DNA from: Podarcis muralis
Taxonomy: Eukaryota
Direction of reading: 5' to 3'
DNA length: 64,000 nt
Assembly: GCF_964188315.1 (NCBI RefSeq)
Contig: NC_135660.1
Span: 11,160,001-11,224,000, forward strand
Shown one piece after another: positions 41,720-52,845 of the stretch (position 1 is its first letter; each line of letters begins with the position of its first letter). The notes below the pieces were generated by a model that worked only from the letters and a program-made list of their open reading frames with translations, did no database searches and had not been told where the DNA came from. A program made the translations under genes and the position numbers.

Positions 41720-42780
41720 GTGTATTCAAAGGAAGGGGAGACTATACCCGCCGGCAGCCCCGAGCAGGGGAGACGGTCAGGGAGAGCCCCCTCAGAAAAA
41801 AGCCACATGGTGTATGAAAAAAGGTAGGCGCAGGTGGGTGGGAGTGTGGGGCGGGGGTCGGCCTTTCAGGATGCGGGAGCCTGAAGCGCGCAAAGGAGCC
41901 AAACAAACGCCGAGCCTATTACAAGTTCCAGGGGGAGGTGGGCTCCTTCCCCCCTCACACACACATGAGGGGCGCTTCCCTGACCCCATCCTTCCCCCGC
42001 AGCCCCGAAACCCCAGGCGAGTCCGCCCGTCCCGTCCTCCCTTTCCCCACCTCCGGGTCACTCACCTCCGTCTTTCCCCGCGTGGACCGGAGCCTGAGGC
42101 GAAGGAGCGAACCGGGCGAGGGGCGCCGAGGCCAACGGAAACCGAAGCCCCGAAGACAGGCCCCGCCGCCGCCGGCAGTTTGGGTCGCCCGTCGTCGCCC
42201 CCCTCCCTCCCTCCCTCTTTGAAAATTCCAGCGGCGCGTGCCCGCTGGCGTTCGCGCTCCCTCACCCGCTCGGCTTTCCTCTGTCAGAAAAGGAGGCGCG
42301 AGCTTTCTCAGTCTCCCTCTCTCTGCGCCTCCTCCTTCAGTTGACGGAGCCACGGTGACGCGCGCGCGCTCGCGACCAGGCGGCGGTTGGGTCCCTCATT
42401 CGGGTCCTTCCTTCCTTCCGTCTCTTTCTGTCTGTCTGTCTGTCTTGTCTCTAAGGCTCTTTCCTCTCCCCTCCCCACCCCGAAAACAAACAAACAACAA
42501 ACAAACAAACCGCAGCAGGAAGCGAAAGCCGCGTGACCCCGGATGTGGAAAAGGAGGAGGAGGTTGAGATGTGTGTATGTATGTGAGTGAGTGAGTGAGA
42601 GAGAGAGCGAGAACGGGGAAAGCCCACATATACAAACACACACACGCGGGAGCGCGCGCCCATGCACAAACAAGACCGGGCTTTCAGTGCGCACGCGCCA
42701 TTTTCGGCAATGGGTGGTAGGGGGCGGGGCTTGGCATGACGCAGGCGCGCTGGGCGCTACCTAGGTTCTGACCCGGGGTT
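41720..42780 (-). promoter_or_regulatory. CpG-island promoter of PIK3CA
   Basis: High GC/CpG; NRF1-like TGCGCACGCGC 42688-42698, YY1 CGCCATTTT 42696-42704, GC box GGGGCGGGGC 42721-42730, CRE/ATF-like ATGACGCA 42736-42743. Confidence 0.85.
42066..42700 (-). other. PIK3CA: Candidate non-coding exon 1 of PIK3CA
   Basis: Consensus donor GAG|GTGAGT at 42065 inside the CpG island; TSS only inferred from promoter motifs. Confidence 0.5.
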
Positions 42781-43654
42781 GAGAAGGGAGAGTGAGTGAG
42801 AGAGAGAAAGAAACTGGGAGCCTTTTTTGTTGTAATTATCCGTATGTTTTTAATAAAGGATGTGTGTTCATTCTATCAATGTTCACTTGTTTTTAATGAT
42901 GTTTTTCAGGCTGCTCTTATTTTTATCTGTAAGCCATGCTGAGTCCCTGTCATAGAAAAACAAGTTAATCATAATCATAATAAATAATAATAAATATTAG
43001 CAGCTGCAGAGTGCTTTCTTAAAGCATTTATTAAACTTTTATACCGCCCTTCGTCTGCAGATCTCAGGATGGTTCATAGCACACACAAAATTATGGTCTG
43101 ATTTCATTGCCAGATTATAGTAAACTTTATAACCACACAGAGAAAGCAACCGGCACAAGAGTCGGATGTTCACTTAATAATACTACTATATATAAAATTC
43201 TGGCAGCATTTGTGCACATGTAAAGGACCACTGTCAGGGGGAAATCCAACAGGCTTGCATCTGTCCCTTTGCTCTATTTATGGCTGTGCAGAGCTGCACC
43301 TGTTGATCTTGTGCCTGTCCCTCAAAGTTGTTACTAGGAGAAAAAAACAGTTGCCATCACCTAGAATGCTTAGTGATGTCTCCGCTGTAAAGGTGGGCAA
43401 GGGCACTCCTGGTGATAAAAGTATGGAATGGGTATAACTGACCCATCCTGTGATGAGTCATAGCAAATCACTGTCAGTTTGTCCCTAAAACAATTCCTTT
43501 TGTCAGGTGGGGCCAAACTCTTGAGGTGAATTGGGACAATCATTTCCGATTACTCATCATCTGACGTTGCAGATAGTGCATGGTTACTCACCTGTACCAA
43601 ATGTCTACCTAATCCTGGAAAATTACAGAAGAGCAATGGGTCAGTTTGTGTGGC

Positions 43655-43770
43655 TGTTAACCAAAAGGTTAGTGGTTCGAGCCCACCCAGGGATGGCTGA
43701 GGGCAGGATTCCTGCCTTGCAGGGGGTTGGGTTAGATGACCCTCGGGGTCCCTTCCAACTCTACAATTCT
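43655..43770 (+). mobile_element. tRNA-derived SINE with CR1 tail
   Basis: GGCTGTTAACCAAAAGGTTAGTGGTTCGAGCCCACCC head; GCAGGGGGTTGGGTTAGATGACC...TTCCAACTCTACAATTCT tail. Confidence 0.7.
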
Positions 43771-43981
43771 AAGCTAGCAGGCTCACTTGCTATAAAGACT
43801 GGTATTATTGGGTTCTTTTCCTAGAACCTTCAGAAGAAGAAATCATATTTGGGGCACCTGTTAAAATAATGGGTGCTGCTGAAGGATGGCAAGTGATCGC
43901 TGCTTCTTTGGGCATGATTTGGGGAGGCTGCAGCCATTATAATTTCTATCTACGGTTCAAAAATGAATCAAGTCTGCACAC

Positions 43982-44121
43982 TTAGCTCAGTTGGTTAGAG
44001 CATGGTGCTGATAACGCCAAGGTTGCAGGTTCCATCCCCCTATCGGACAGCTACATATTTCTAAATTGCAGGGGGTTGGACTAGATGATCCTCAGGGTCC
44101 TTTCCAAATCTATGATTCCAT
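43982..44121 (+). mobile_element. tRNA-Ile-like SINE with CR1 tail
   Basis: TTAGCTCAGTTGGTTAGAGCATGGTGCTGATAACGCCAAGGTTGCAGGTTCCATCCCC head plus CR1 3' tail. Confidence 0.8.
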
Positions 44122-44279
44122 GTTCTGGACTGTCCCTATTCAGAGACAGTATGCCTTGGAATAGCAGATGCTAGATGAACAACCGTCCGCATCTCATGGA
44201 GGCATCTGACTAACCAATGTTGAAAACTGGATGCTGAACTCAAATTATCCTTTGGTCTGATCCAATGGGGCTCTTAATA

Positions 44280-44521
44280 CAGTGGTACCTCAGGTTACAG
44301 ACGCTTCAGGTTACATACGTTTCAGGTTACAGACCCCGCTAACCCAGAAATAGTACATCGGGTTAAGAACTTTGCTTCAGGATGAGAACAGAAATCATGC
44401 TCTGGCGGCGCGGCGGCAGCAGGAGGCCCCATTAGCTAAAGTGGTGCTTCAGGTTAAGAACAGATTCAGGTTAAGAAGAGACCTCTGGAATGAATTAAGT
44501 ACTTAACCCGAGGTACCACTG
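44280..44521. mobile_element. Tigger-like MITE
   Basis: TIR CAGTGGTACCTC...GAGGTACCACTG; TA duplication. Confidence 0.9.
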
Positions 44522-44589
44522 TAGGTTCATATTTATTTAGAAATATATTTAGCTCACTGTTCACCTTAATGATATCATGGTAAGGACTA

Positions 44590-44801
44590 CAGTGGTACCT
44601 CTGGAGGTCCGGAGGTCCGTTCTTAACCTGAAACTGTTCTTAATCTGAAGCACCACTTTAGCTAATGGGGCCTCCCGCTCCTGCCGCGCCGCCTCCGTGT
44701 GATTTCTGTTCTCATCCTGAAGCGAAGTTCTTAACCTGAGGTACTATTTCTGGGTTAGCGGAGTCTGTAACCTGAAGCGTATGTAATCCAAGGTACCACA
44801 G
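44590..44801. mobile_element. Tigger-like MITE, same family as 44280-44521, inverted
   Basis: Reverse complement aligns along 44280-44521; small deletion plus GGACCTCC duplication near one end. Confidence 0.88.
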
Positions 44802-44934
44802 TATTATGAACTATTAGTCAAATAAATAACAACTAGCCAGTCAAGATACATTTGGGGAGTCTCATGAAAGTTGTCACATTTGTCCTCCTCAGTGTATGAT
44901 ATTCAGAGGCCTGTAATAATGGCAGTTCCATTTA

Positions 44935-45186
44935 TAGTCATACCTCGGGTTAAATGTGCTTCAGGTCGAGCATTTTCAGGTTATGCTCTGCGGCGACCGA
45001 GAAGTAATGGAGCATGTTACTTCCGGGTTTCGCCACTCGCACATGAGCAGACGCTCAAAATGACGTCATGCGCATGTGCGGAAGTGGCGAATCGTGACCC
45101 GCACACGCACAGACGCGGGTTGCGTTCGCTTCAGGATGCGAACGGGGCTCCGGAGCAGATCCTGTTCGCATCCAGAGGTACCACTG
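44935..45186. mobile_element. Tigger-like MITE, second family, CpG-rich
   Basis: TAGTCATACCTCGGG ... CAGAGGTACCACTG|TA. Confidence 0.8.
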
Positions 45187-45201
45187 TAAGTTATTATTGA
45201 T

Positions 45202-45832
45202 CTGAGGTGGGGAACCTCAGGTCTGGTATTGAAACTGGCCTCAGGTCCCAGATCTGCCCAGAATCCAGATACCTTTCACCAGTCCTGTTCCACTGCCTCC
45301 TCGCATATTTTTGTCAGGCTAGAATGTCCTGAACTAGTTAAAATGAAAAGAAAGATGTTAATTGACCAAGTAAATTTTATGTGAAAATAGTTTTGGAAAA
45401 CTGCTACAATGACTTATATGGAAACTCAGCCAGGGGAACTCGCGGAAGTCACCCAACAATGTTAACAAATTTGGAATTATTACAGCTAGGATAAATGTTT
45501 GTTTGTTTGTTTTTTTATGTTTTCTTTCTATGTTTGTGGACTTGTTTGTTATAAATTTGGAAAACTAATAATTATTATTTTTTTGAAAATAAATAAATAA
45601 ATAGAATGTCCTGTACTGTAATGTATCTTGTCTACCTGGATGAAGATGTGGGGCTAATTGGAAACATGTGGCTCCTGTATGGCTGGAATGTAGTCTACTG
45701 TAAAAGGTAAAAGTCACGGCTATTCTTCTGCCCATTTTGCCTCTAGCCTCGCCCTCCACTGGAATGCAGCCACCCACCTGGTTGCTCATGAGGAAAGGTG
45801 GTTTCCTGGCTATAAAAGGCTTCCGATCCCTG
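45202..45832. mobile_element. Degraded hAT element interrupted by an L1-type tail (45332-45601)
   Basis: Ends CTGAGGTGGGGAACC / AGGCTTCCGATCCCTG; internal insert with (TAAA)n tail and 12-bp TSD TAGAATGTCCTG (45320-45331, 45602-45613). Confidence 0.6.
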
Positions 45833-46560
45833 TCCTAGATATGTACACTATGATGCAGGCAGTTATTTAACCCTTTAAAAAATGTACCATTGAAGCAAGT
45901 GATCATAGCCATCTCTTTTGGTACTGAATTCCATAGAGTTAACTCTGATTGGAGGCTTCTTAAGCATTGATTACTACAAGAGAAAACTGCAGGTGTGAGG
46001 GAATTGTTGGTAGACTTGGGGGCTTTATGTAATTTGGTCTGAAATCCTATATGTATAACACTAGGGGAGCTTGTGGGCCAGAGAGGTCCTTATTTTGTTA
46101 TTTTAAAAAATACAGTATCCTTTTAGGTTGCTAGAATGGTCACTCTTATTCACTGGTATTGGACCTACCAACCGGTATTCCAGCATATGCATATGTTGTG
46201 CTGCACTAAAAGCCAGAGTTTTGTACTGAAAATAGGAACATTTGTTTACAAAAATAATAATTGCAAAACGTTTTCTGGACTTGTGAAGCTCTGTTTTAGG
46301 CACGTTTAGTTGGAAGGCAAATTCCAAAGCAAACATGCATAGGATTGCAACCTAAAAAGCTGGTTTTCTGCAGATGCACAGTACAGTCCTACAATTATTC
46401 GGATGTACTTGACTTGCCTCCTACCCCTTGCTAACGGAGCAGGTGGGGTCAGGTATAATAAGGATGAGTTCTCCCATCACCTATGCCTTCTTGGGGGCAT
46501 CTTAGCTCCCATTGAGACACATGTAAGGGGCTATCAAAAGTCTTTTGTGAGGCCTTAAGA

Positions 46561-46698
46561 CAGTGGTGGCCAAACTCGGCCCCTCCAGATGTTTTGGGAC
46601 TACAATTCCCATCAACCCTGACCACTGGTTCTGTTAGCTAGGGATTATGGGAGTTGTAGTCCCTAAAACATCTGGAGGGCCAAGTTTGGCCACCACTA
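46561..46698. mobile_element. hAT-type hairpin MITE
   Basis: TIR CAGTGGTGGCCAAACT...AGTTTGGCCACCACTA; TSD CCTTAAGA. Confidence 0.9.
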
Positions 46699-47058
46699 CC
46701 TTAAGAGGAACTAAGTTAGGGTAAACCAAACTGAAAGTTCTATTCACAGAACCCTTATATACATCATACATTTAAAGCACATCCTCTCCCCTCAGAAGAA
46801 TTCTGTGAAGTGTATTATATTCACACAGCTACAGTCCCCAGCATTCTTAACTAGTTTCCTGGATTTTTGGGGAGAAGCCATGTGAATTAAATGTATTGTG
46901 TGTACACAGAGTCCAGAATTAAGAGTCGGAAGGTATTCTAATGAGGACCATTAGGAACCTCGTTTCCAAGCTTACAACAATACTTACATTTAGCCTGGTT
47001 TTTAAAGGTCTGCTGTTTGGAGGAATTGTTATATTTTAATGTCACTATATATTAATTA

Positions 47059-47412
47059 CGGACTGCAAGAAGATCAAATGTATCCATTCTATGGACTGCA
47101 AGAAGATCAAATGTATCCATTCTTAAGGAAATCAGCCCTGAGTGGTCACTGGAAGGACAGATCCTGAAGCTGAGGCTCCAATACTTTGGCCACCTCATGA
47201 GAAGAGAAGACTCCCTGGAAAAGACCCTGATGTTGGGAAAGATGGAGGGCACAAGGAGAAGGGGACGGCAGAGGACGAGATGGTTGGACAGTGTTCTCGA
47301 AGCTACCAGCATGGGTTTGACCAAACTGCGGGAGGCAGTGGAAGATAGGAGTGCCTGGCGTGCTCTAGTCCATGGGGTCATGAAGAGTCGGACACGACTA
47401 AACGACGACGAA
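47059..47412 (+). mobile_element. Bov-B (RTE) LINE 3' fragment
   Basis: MRREDSLEKTLMLGKMEGTRRRGRQRTRWLDSV...KSRTRLND; candidate TSD ATATATTAAT (47047-47056, 47417-47426). Confidence 0.92.
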
Positions 47413-47579
47413 AATGATATATTAATAGCTTATTAATTGATACTTTGAACTATTATTTCTAATAGAAAATAATTATACACTAATTGTTACAGAATATTTG
47501 AAGACGATGATGTTCTGGGTTCGCCTTCTTGAAGACTCTAGACACCACTTGCCACATGATCAGCAGCATTCGCTACATA

Positions 47580-47937
47580 AGTAAAGGTAAAGGTAAAGGT
47601 ACCCCTGCCCGTACGGGCCAGTCTTGCCAGACTCTAGGGTTGTGCGCTCATTTCACTCTATAGGCCGGGAGCCAGCGCTGTCCGCAGACACTTCCGGGTC
47701 ACGTGGCCAGCGTGACAAGCTGCATCTGGTGAGCCAGCGCAGCACACGGAACGCCGTTTACCTTCCCGCTGGTAAGCGGTCCCTATTTATCTACTTGCAC
47801 CCAGAGGTGCTTTCGAACTGCTAGGTTGGCAGGCGCTGGGACCGAACGATGGGAGCGCACCCCGCCACGGGGATTCGAACCGCCGACCTGACGATCGGCA
47901 AGTCCTAGGCACGGAGGTTTTACCCACAGCGCCACCT
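47580..47937 (-). mobile_element. Sauria SINE, distinct subfamily
   Basis: (ACCTTT)3 tail; 14-bp TSD GCATTCGCTACATA (47566-47579, 47938-47951). Confidence 0.92.
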
Positions 47938-49020
47938 GCATTCGCTACATATTTCCTGTTAATTTCAACAGCTTGTCTGTGGGCAATCAGATTTGGTCAC
48001 TTCATTCACAAACCCTCACTAGTAAGAAACCTAGGGAGTTATTCATACATAACTCAAGAATAGTGTGATCTTCACTGCTTGCATTTGCCTCCCTCTAGAA
48101 ATAAATCTTGCCTCTGCTACTGGGAAAGGCTTCCTGCCTTTCCAGTTCTAATTGATTGCTGCCATCTAGTGATATACTGTTAGCACTCTTTATTTTTGTT
48201 ATGATGATTATCTTTCAGAGTTATGTTAAGTTGCTGAATTGCAGAGCAAGGACATCAGGAGGGACGAGAATGGCTGCGTAAATATACTTAACATTTAGTA
48301 AATGGATTTCAGGTGCCTGAAGCACTTTATTTTTTCAGTAATCCTTGGGCTAGTCTATGATTTTATTATTCTAGCCCTTAGAGGAGACTGACAATATGTC
48401 TGTGAGAGAGGAATTACATAGCCTTTTAAAGCATAAAATAGGCAGTGTGTGGTCTGTAATCTTTATTGTGTACTCAAAGGAAATTTTGTGTATAGGTATG
48501 CATTCAAACGAGGGAGTTTATCTCCATCTGTTCTCTTTACATCATTCTTCTAAAATCTTTTTATTATGTTTTCTCATGTTGTAACCAAAAAAAGCCCTGT
48601 GTGCTTTAGCCTTTCCTCCTTGGAGAACCCGTTCTTTTCAGATGGGCTGACCACCTTCGTTGAGTAAGGCTTGGCTCAACCCAACTGGTTGTACAAGAAG
48701 CTGACGACAGTAGTACAATTCTAGAGGTTCCAGGCTAGTTGGGAAGCCTCTAAGGGGACCCCGACTCTTGGGACAACAGGTTTTCAGCTGTATGGTAAAT
48801 TGTGTCCCTAGTTTTTACAACCGCACCAGTTTTCCCCTTGCTCTGCACAAGTATGACAGCAGTGACCATCCACTATTACGGAACAGCAAAAACAGCCCGC
48901 TATTGGGAAAATATTTGCACAAATACCCTGTATTTGTACGGAAAGGGACTATAACTGCACCATGTGCAGTGAGATTTGGGAAAAAGTCATTGCTCTAATG
49001 GGGGGGGGGAGGGGAGAAGA

Positions 49021-49370
49021 TTAAAGGTAAAGGGACCCCTGACCATTAGGTCCAGTCGTGACTGACTCTGGGGTTGCAGCGCTCATCTCGCTTTATTGGC
49101 CAAGGGAGCCGGCGTACAGCTTCCGGGTCATGTGGCCAGCATGACTAAGCCGCTTCTGGCAAACCAGAGCAGCGCACGGAAACACCGTTTACCTTCCCGC
49201 CGGAGCGGTACCTATTTATCTACTTGCACTTTGACATACTTTCGAACTGCTAGGTTGGCAGGAGCAGGGACCGAGCAACGGGAGCTCACCCTGTTGCGGG
49301 GATTCGAACCACCAACCTTCTGAATGACAAGTCCTAGGCTCTGTGGTTTAACCCACAGCACCACCCGCGT
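49021..49370 (-). mobile_element. Sauria SINE
   Basis: Full head-to-tail match to the 30244 copy. Confidence 0.92.
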
Positions 49371-49689
49371 TGGGAGATTAGGGGTTCCTTAATGACCCCC
49401 CAAATTTAGCCTGTTGACTTCTAAAAACTAAGGGAGCCATAACCACAAAAGGACCCCACCCTTTCAGTTTGAATACTGGAGAAGGGACAACAAAGATTTA
49501 TTAATCTTCACTTGGGGAACAAAGTAGCTCAAGTCAGGCCTATACAGAGTTATTATGAACACAATCCTGCACGCCTATTCAGTTACCCCACTGAATTCAA
49601 TGGGGCTTACACAAAGGGAAGCAGTGCAGGGTTACAGCCTTAGCAGCAACTCAACGCCACTACTCTTACCGAGGAGCGAGCAAACCCAC

Positions 49690-50700
49690 TGAACTCCTGC
49701 GTAAAAACGCACAGCATTACCCGGCGCAGCTGCACAGTCCTGTGCGCCCATAATTTCGGGGGAGCAAATTCCAAACGGGTTTGCCCCCGCGTAAATATGC
49801 ACAGGGTTGGGTCATCATCCTATGCCTCGGAAGTCAGCGGGGCTCGCTTCTCAGGAGATACCTCTAGGACCGCGCAGATGCGACGCGGCCGACCCTTGGG
49901 GATCTACCGCTCCGCCGCCGCGGAACCCCCCGGAGCTTTTGCTCCCCGGTGAGCGGGAGAAGCGCCGGCAGCAGGTCCACAGCCGAGCTATTAAGACGCC
50001 GCCGGGAAGTTTGCACGCTCCGCCCGGGCTTTGCTTAGTGGCTGGTGGTTCGCAAGGTCCAAACGGGAGAGCAACCGGCTGCACAGACGCGACCGAGGAG
50101 CAGAGCGCATCCTCTCAGCTGCTCTCCTGCGCATGGAGAGACTCATGATCCCAGAGAGAGACGTGACAGGGCAGTTTTCCCAAGTCTCCTCCCCTCCCCG
50201 CTTTGCTCTGCAGTCACTTCCTGCAGCTGTTTCCATCTGTGTCCGGTTATGCTGCTCTCTCCCCCCCCCCTCCACCGGCTTTCTTGCCCATCCACCGGTT
50301 CTCTTCGTAGCCCCTTTAGACCTGGCTTTTTTTAAGTTATAAAAGAGGCGCTACGAAAGCTCTCCACGATCCCATGCTCGGGGATGCGGTGCGCGCCTGG
50401 CCGGCTCCATCTCCGGGAAAATCCTTGCAGGAGCCTCCTGTGAATCGCTCTCTTTTCCTTCCACCACCAGCCTTCGCGAAGCCGGTAGGTCCATCGTCAT
50501 GTCCTCGTCTCGATGTGCCTGGAATAGAATAGCCGGGGAACCGGCGTCTGAGAGCAGCTGCGACCCTACGTGCCCCATTGGACAAAGTGGGGTTGACTTG
50601 CGTGTGGACAGGGCTGTGCGTGGCTTCATTCAGCTTCGCTGCACACTCCTTTAGGGGCATTTTGCAAAGGGGGGTGGGTTTGTTTTCTTTGCAATGCATC
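49690..50700 (+). promoter_or_regulatory. CpG-island promoter / first-exon region of ZMAT3
   Basis: CpG-rich island 5 kb upstream of ZMAT3 exon 2; ETS core CGGAAGT 49828-49834; TATAAAAG 50338-50345; candidate donors CG|GTGAGC (49949) and CG|GTAGGT (50485). Confidence 0.8.
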
Positions 50701-51879
50701 GCATCGGATACTGTGTGTGCCTGGTGTTGGGTGTGTGATCTATTGCACCACTAATATGCCTTCAGATAGCCAGATACAGTACTTGCAAGTTGAGTATGAC
50801 GATGGCAGTCAGAAGCATGCACTATCTCTGTCATAGCCAGCAACAGGCAAAGTCTTATCCTCCAGAAATTTGCCTTTTAAAAAACAACCCCTAAGCGAAT
50901 GACTTATCACCTCAAGTGCAGATCCCACGCTTTAATAAGGGTAATAAATGCACATAACATTTTAGTTATATGACCTCCCGGTGTTGCATACTTTATATTT
51001 TACACAAGGGGCAACTGAGGATAAAGGACCTGTTCAACGAATCTGTGGGCCAAACCAACCCTTGAATGCTGGCTTTAAGCACAGCAATGAGTCACGTTTG
51101 CATCTCTGGATATTCTCCACAGCTTCCAGCATTTGCCCATGTTCCCTCATGCATTTCCTCGATTTATTAGCCACCAGAAGCATGTTGGGGGAAGGTCTAC
51201 AAGACAGGATTCCCATCTATATTTTTGTTTTAGTTTGCATTTTTTAATACCGCAGGTTTTAATCAGCAGTGTAGTAGTGGGGGGATGCAGGGGATCAAAG
51301 CCCTGAGACTTAATTTTTTTCCGGAGCAGGAGTGATGATGTCACCGGTCAGAGCTCCTGGATAATTTGAGGTGCCCTCCTTGCTCCGGCAGTTGAACGAG
51401 GTAATCGTTAGGCTTTCAAGTTTGTTTCTGGTTGCTTTAGCATAGAGGCGAGGAAAATATTAAAAAGCAGGTAGATAGCGATGCGTCTTTGCAGGATAGT
51501 TTGTATCTCTAGTTAAAAGCTAAAGGTTGCATTTCACTGGCCAAATAGCTTTTACATAGAAAGCTGCCTAATATTGAGTCAGATCATTGGCCCATCTAGC
51601 TCAAGGTTGACAACACTGACTGGCAGCAGCTCTCCAGGGTTTCAGACCTGGAGACATTTGGGATTGAACCTGGGACCTTTTGCATGCAGAGCTTGTGCTG
51701 TGCATGGCACATAGGTTCACAAAGCTTGCAGACCCTCCCAGTGTTTCTATTTTCCAGGGACAGTCCCGGATAAACAGAAGCCATCCTGGTTTCTCATTTG
51801 GTCTCGGAATGTCCCGCTTTCCCTGAGGACGCCCCTATTTTCATCAGAGAAATGTTGGAGGGTATGGAGTTGTTCAACC

Positions 51880-52041
51880 CCCAAGCCAAGAAGATAAGTA
51901 ACTATACAGCCTTTAGAAGACAGCTGAAGGCAGCCCTGTATCGGGAAGTTTTTAAATGTTTAATGTTTTATTACGTTTATATACATGTTGGAAGCCACCC
52001 AAAGTAGCTGTGGCAACCCAGTCTGATGGCCGGGGTATAAA

Positions 52042-52096
<55 letters not shown>
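51880..52096 (+). mobile_element. L2 3' end with (ATT)n tail
   Basis: CCTTTAGAAGACAGCTGAAGGCAGCCCTG...GGGGTATAAAT(ATT)n. Confidence 0.8.
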
Positions 52097-52428
52097 GTTG
52101 AATAGGACATCCCTATTTTCATTGGAGAAATGTTGGAAGGTATGAGTTTCACCCATCGTGTGAAGGAAGATTAGATGAATTCATTGACGATCAGGGCATC
52201 ATTGGCTCTCAGAACAATTCAAAGGTTGGTGCTGACCTTTAAAGCCCCATATGGCCTCGGCCCTGTATATCTCCACCCCCATAGTTCAGCCTGGGCACAG
52301 AGGTCCAGCTCTGAGGGCCTTCTGGTGGTTCCCTCACTGCGAGAAGTGAAGTTACAGGGAACCACGTAGAGGGCATTCTCCGTAGTGGCTCCCGTTCTGT
52401 GGAACACCCTCCCTTCAGATGTCTATGA

Positions 52429-52708
52429 CAGGGGTCTGCAACCTTTAAGACAAAAAGAGCCACTTGGACCCGTTTCTGAAGAAAAAAACCAACTGGGAGC
52501 CGCAAAACCGGGAAGGTGACGTCGGGACGGTGCGTGACTAACGCACGCACCGCCCCCATGCGACGTCACAGCCAGTACAGCGCCCGCCACAGTAGGGAGT
52601 GTCAGGGTGCACAATGCCCTCCTCCCCTCGCTAGTATCCGCCCCGGAGCCGTGGCAAAGGTGTAAAAGAGCCACATGCGGCTCCGGAGCAGCAGGTTGCA
52701 GACCCCTG
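52429..52708. mobile_element. Young hAT MITE
   Basis: Perfect 16-bp TIR CAGGGGTCTGCAACCT; perfect TSD GTCTATGA (52421-52428, 52709-52716). Confidence 0.95.
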
Positions 52709-52845
52709 GTCTATGAAATAAAAAACTATGCAACTTTTAGAAGACATCTGAAGGTAGCGTAGCCCTGTAGAGAATTTTTTTTTTTTAATGTTTGACATCT
52801 TATTATGCTTTTATAAGTGCTGGAAGCCACCTGGATGGGCAGTAT

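Noticed and set aside
41718-42694. Many 70-208 aa ORFs on both strands in the PIK3CA CpG island
   Set aside because: Low-complexity Pro/Arg/Gly products typical of stop-poor GC-rich DNA; no recognisable domain.
43982-44045. tRNA-Ile(GAT)-like gene
   Set aside because: Acceptor stem and T-arm are degenerate and it runs into a CR1 tail; it is a SINE head.
48347-48356. Perfect p53 half-site GGGCTAGTCT
   Set aside because: No adjacent second half-site; single decamers are common by chance.
49807-50699. Overlapping ORFs in the ZMAT3 CpG island
   Set aside because: Same GC artefact; ZMAT3 homology starts at 55829.
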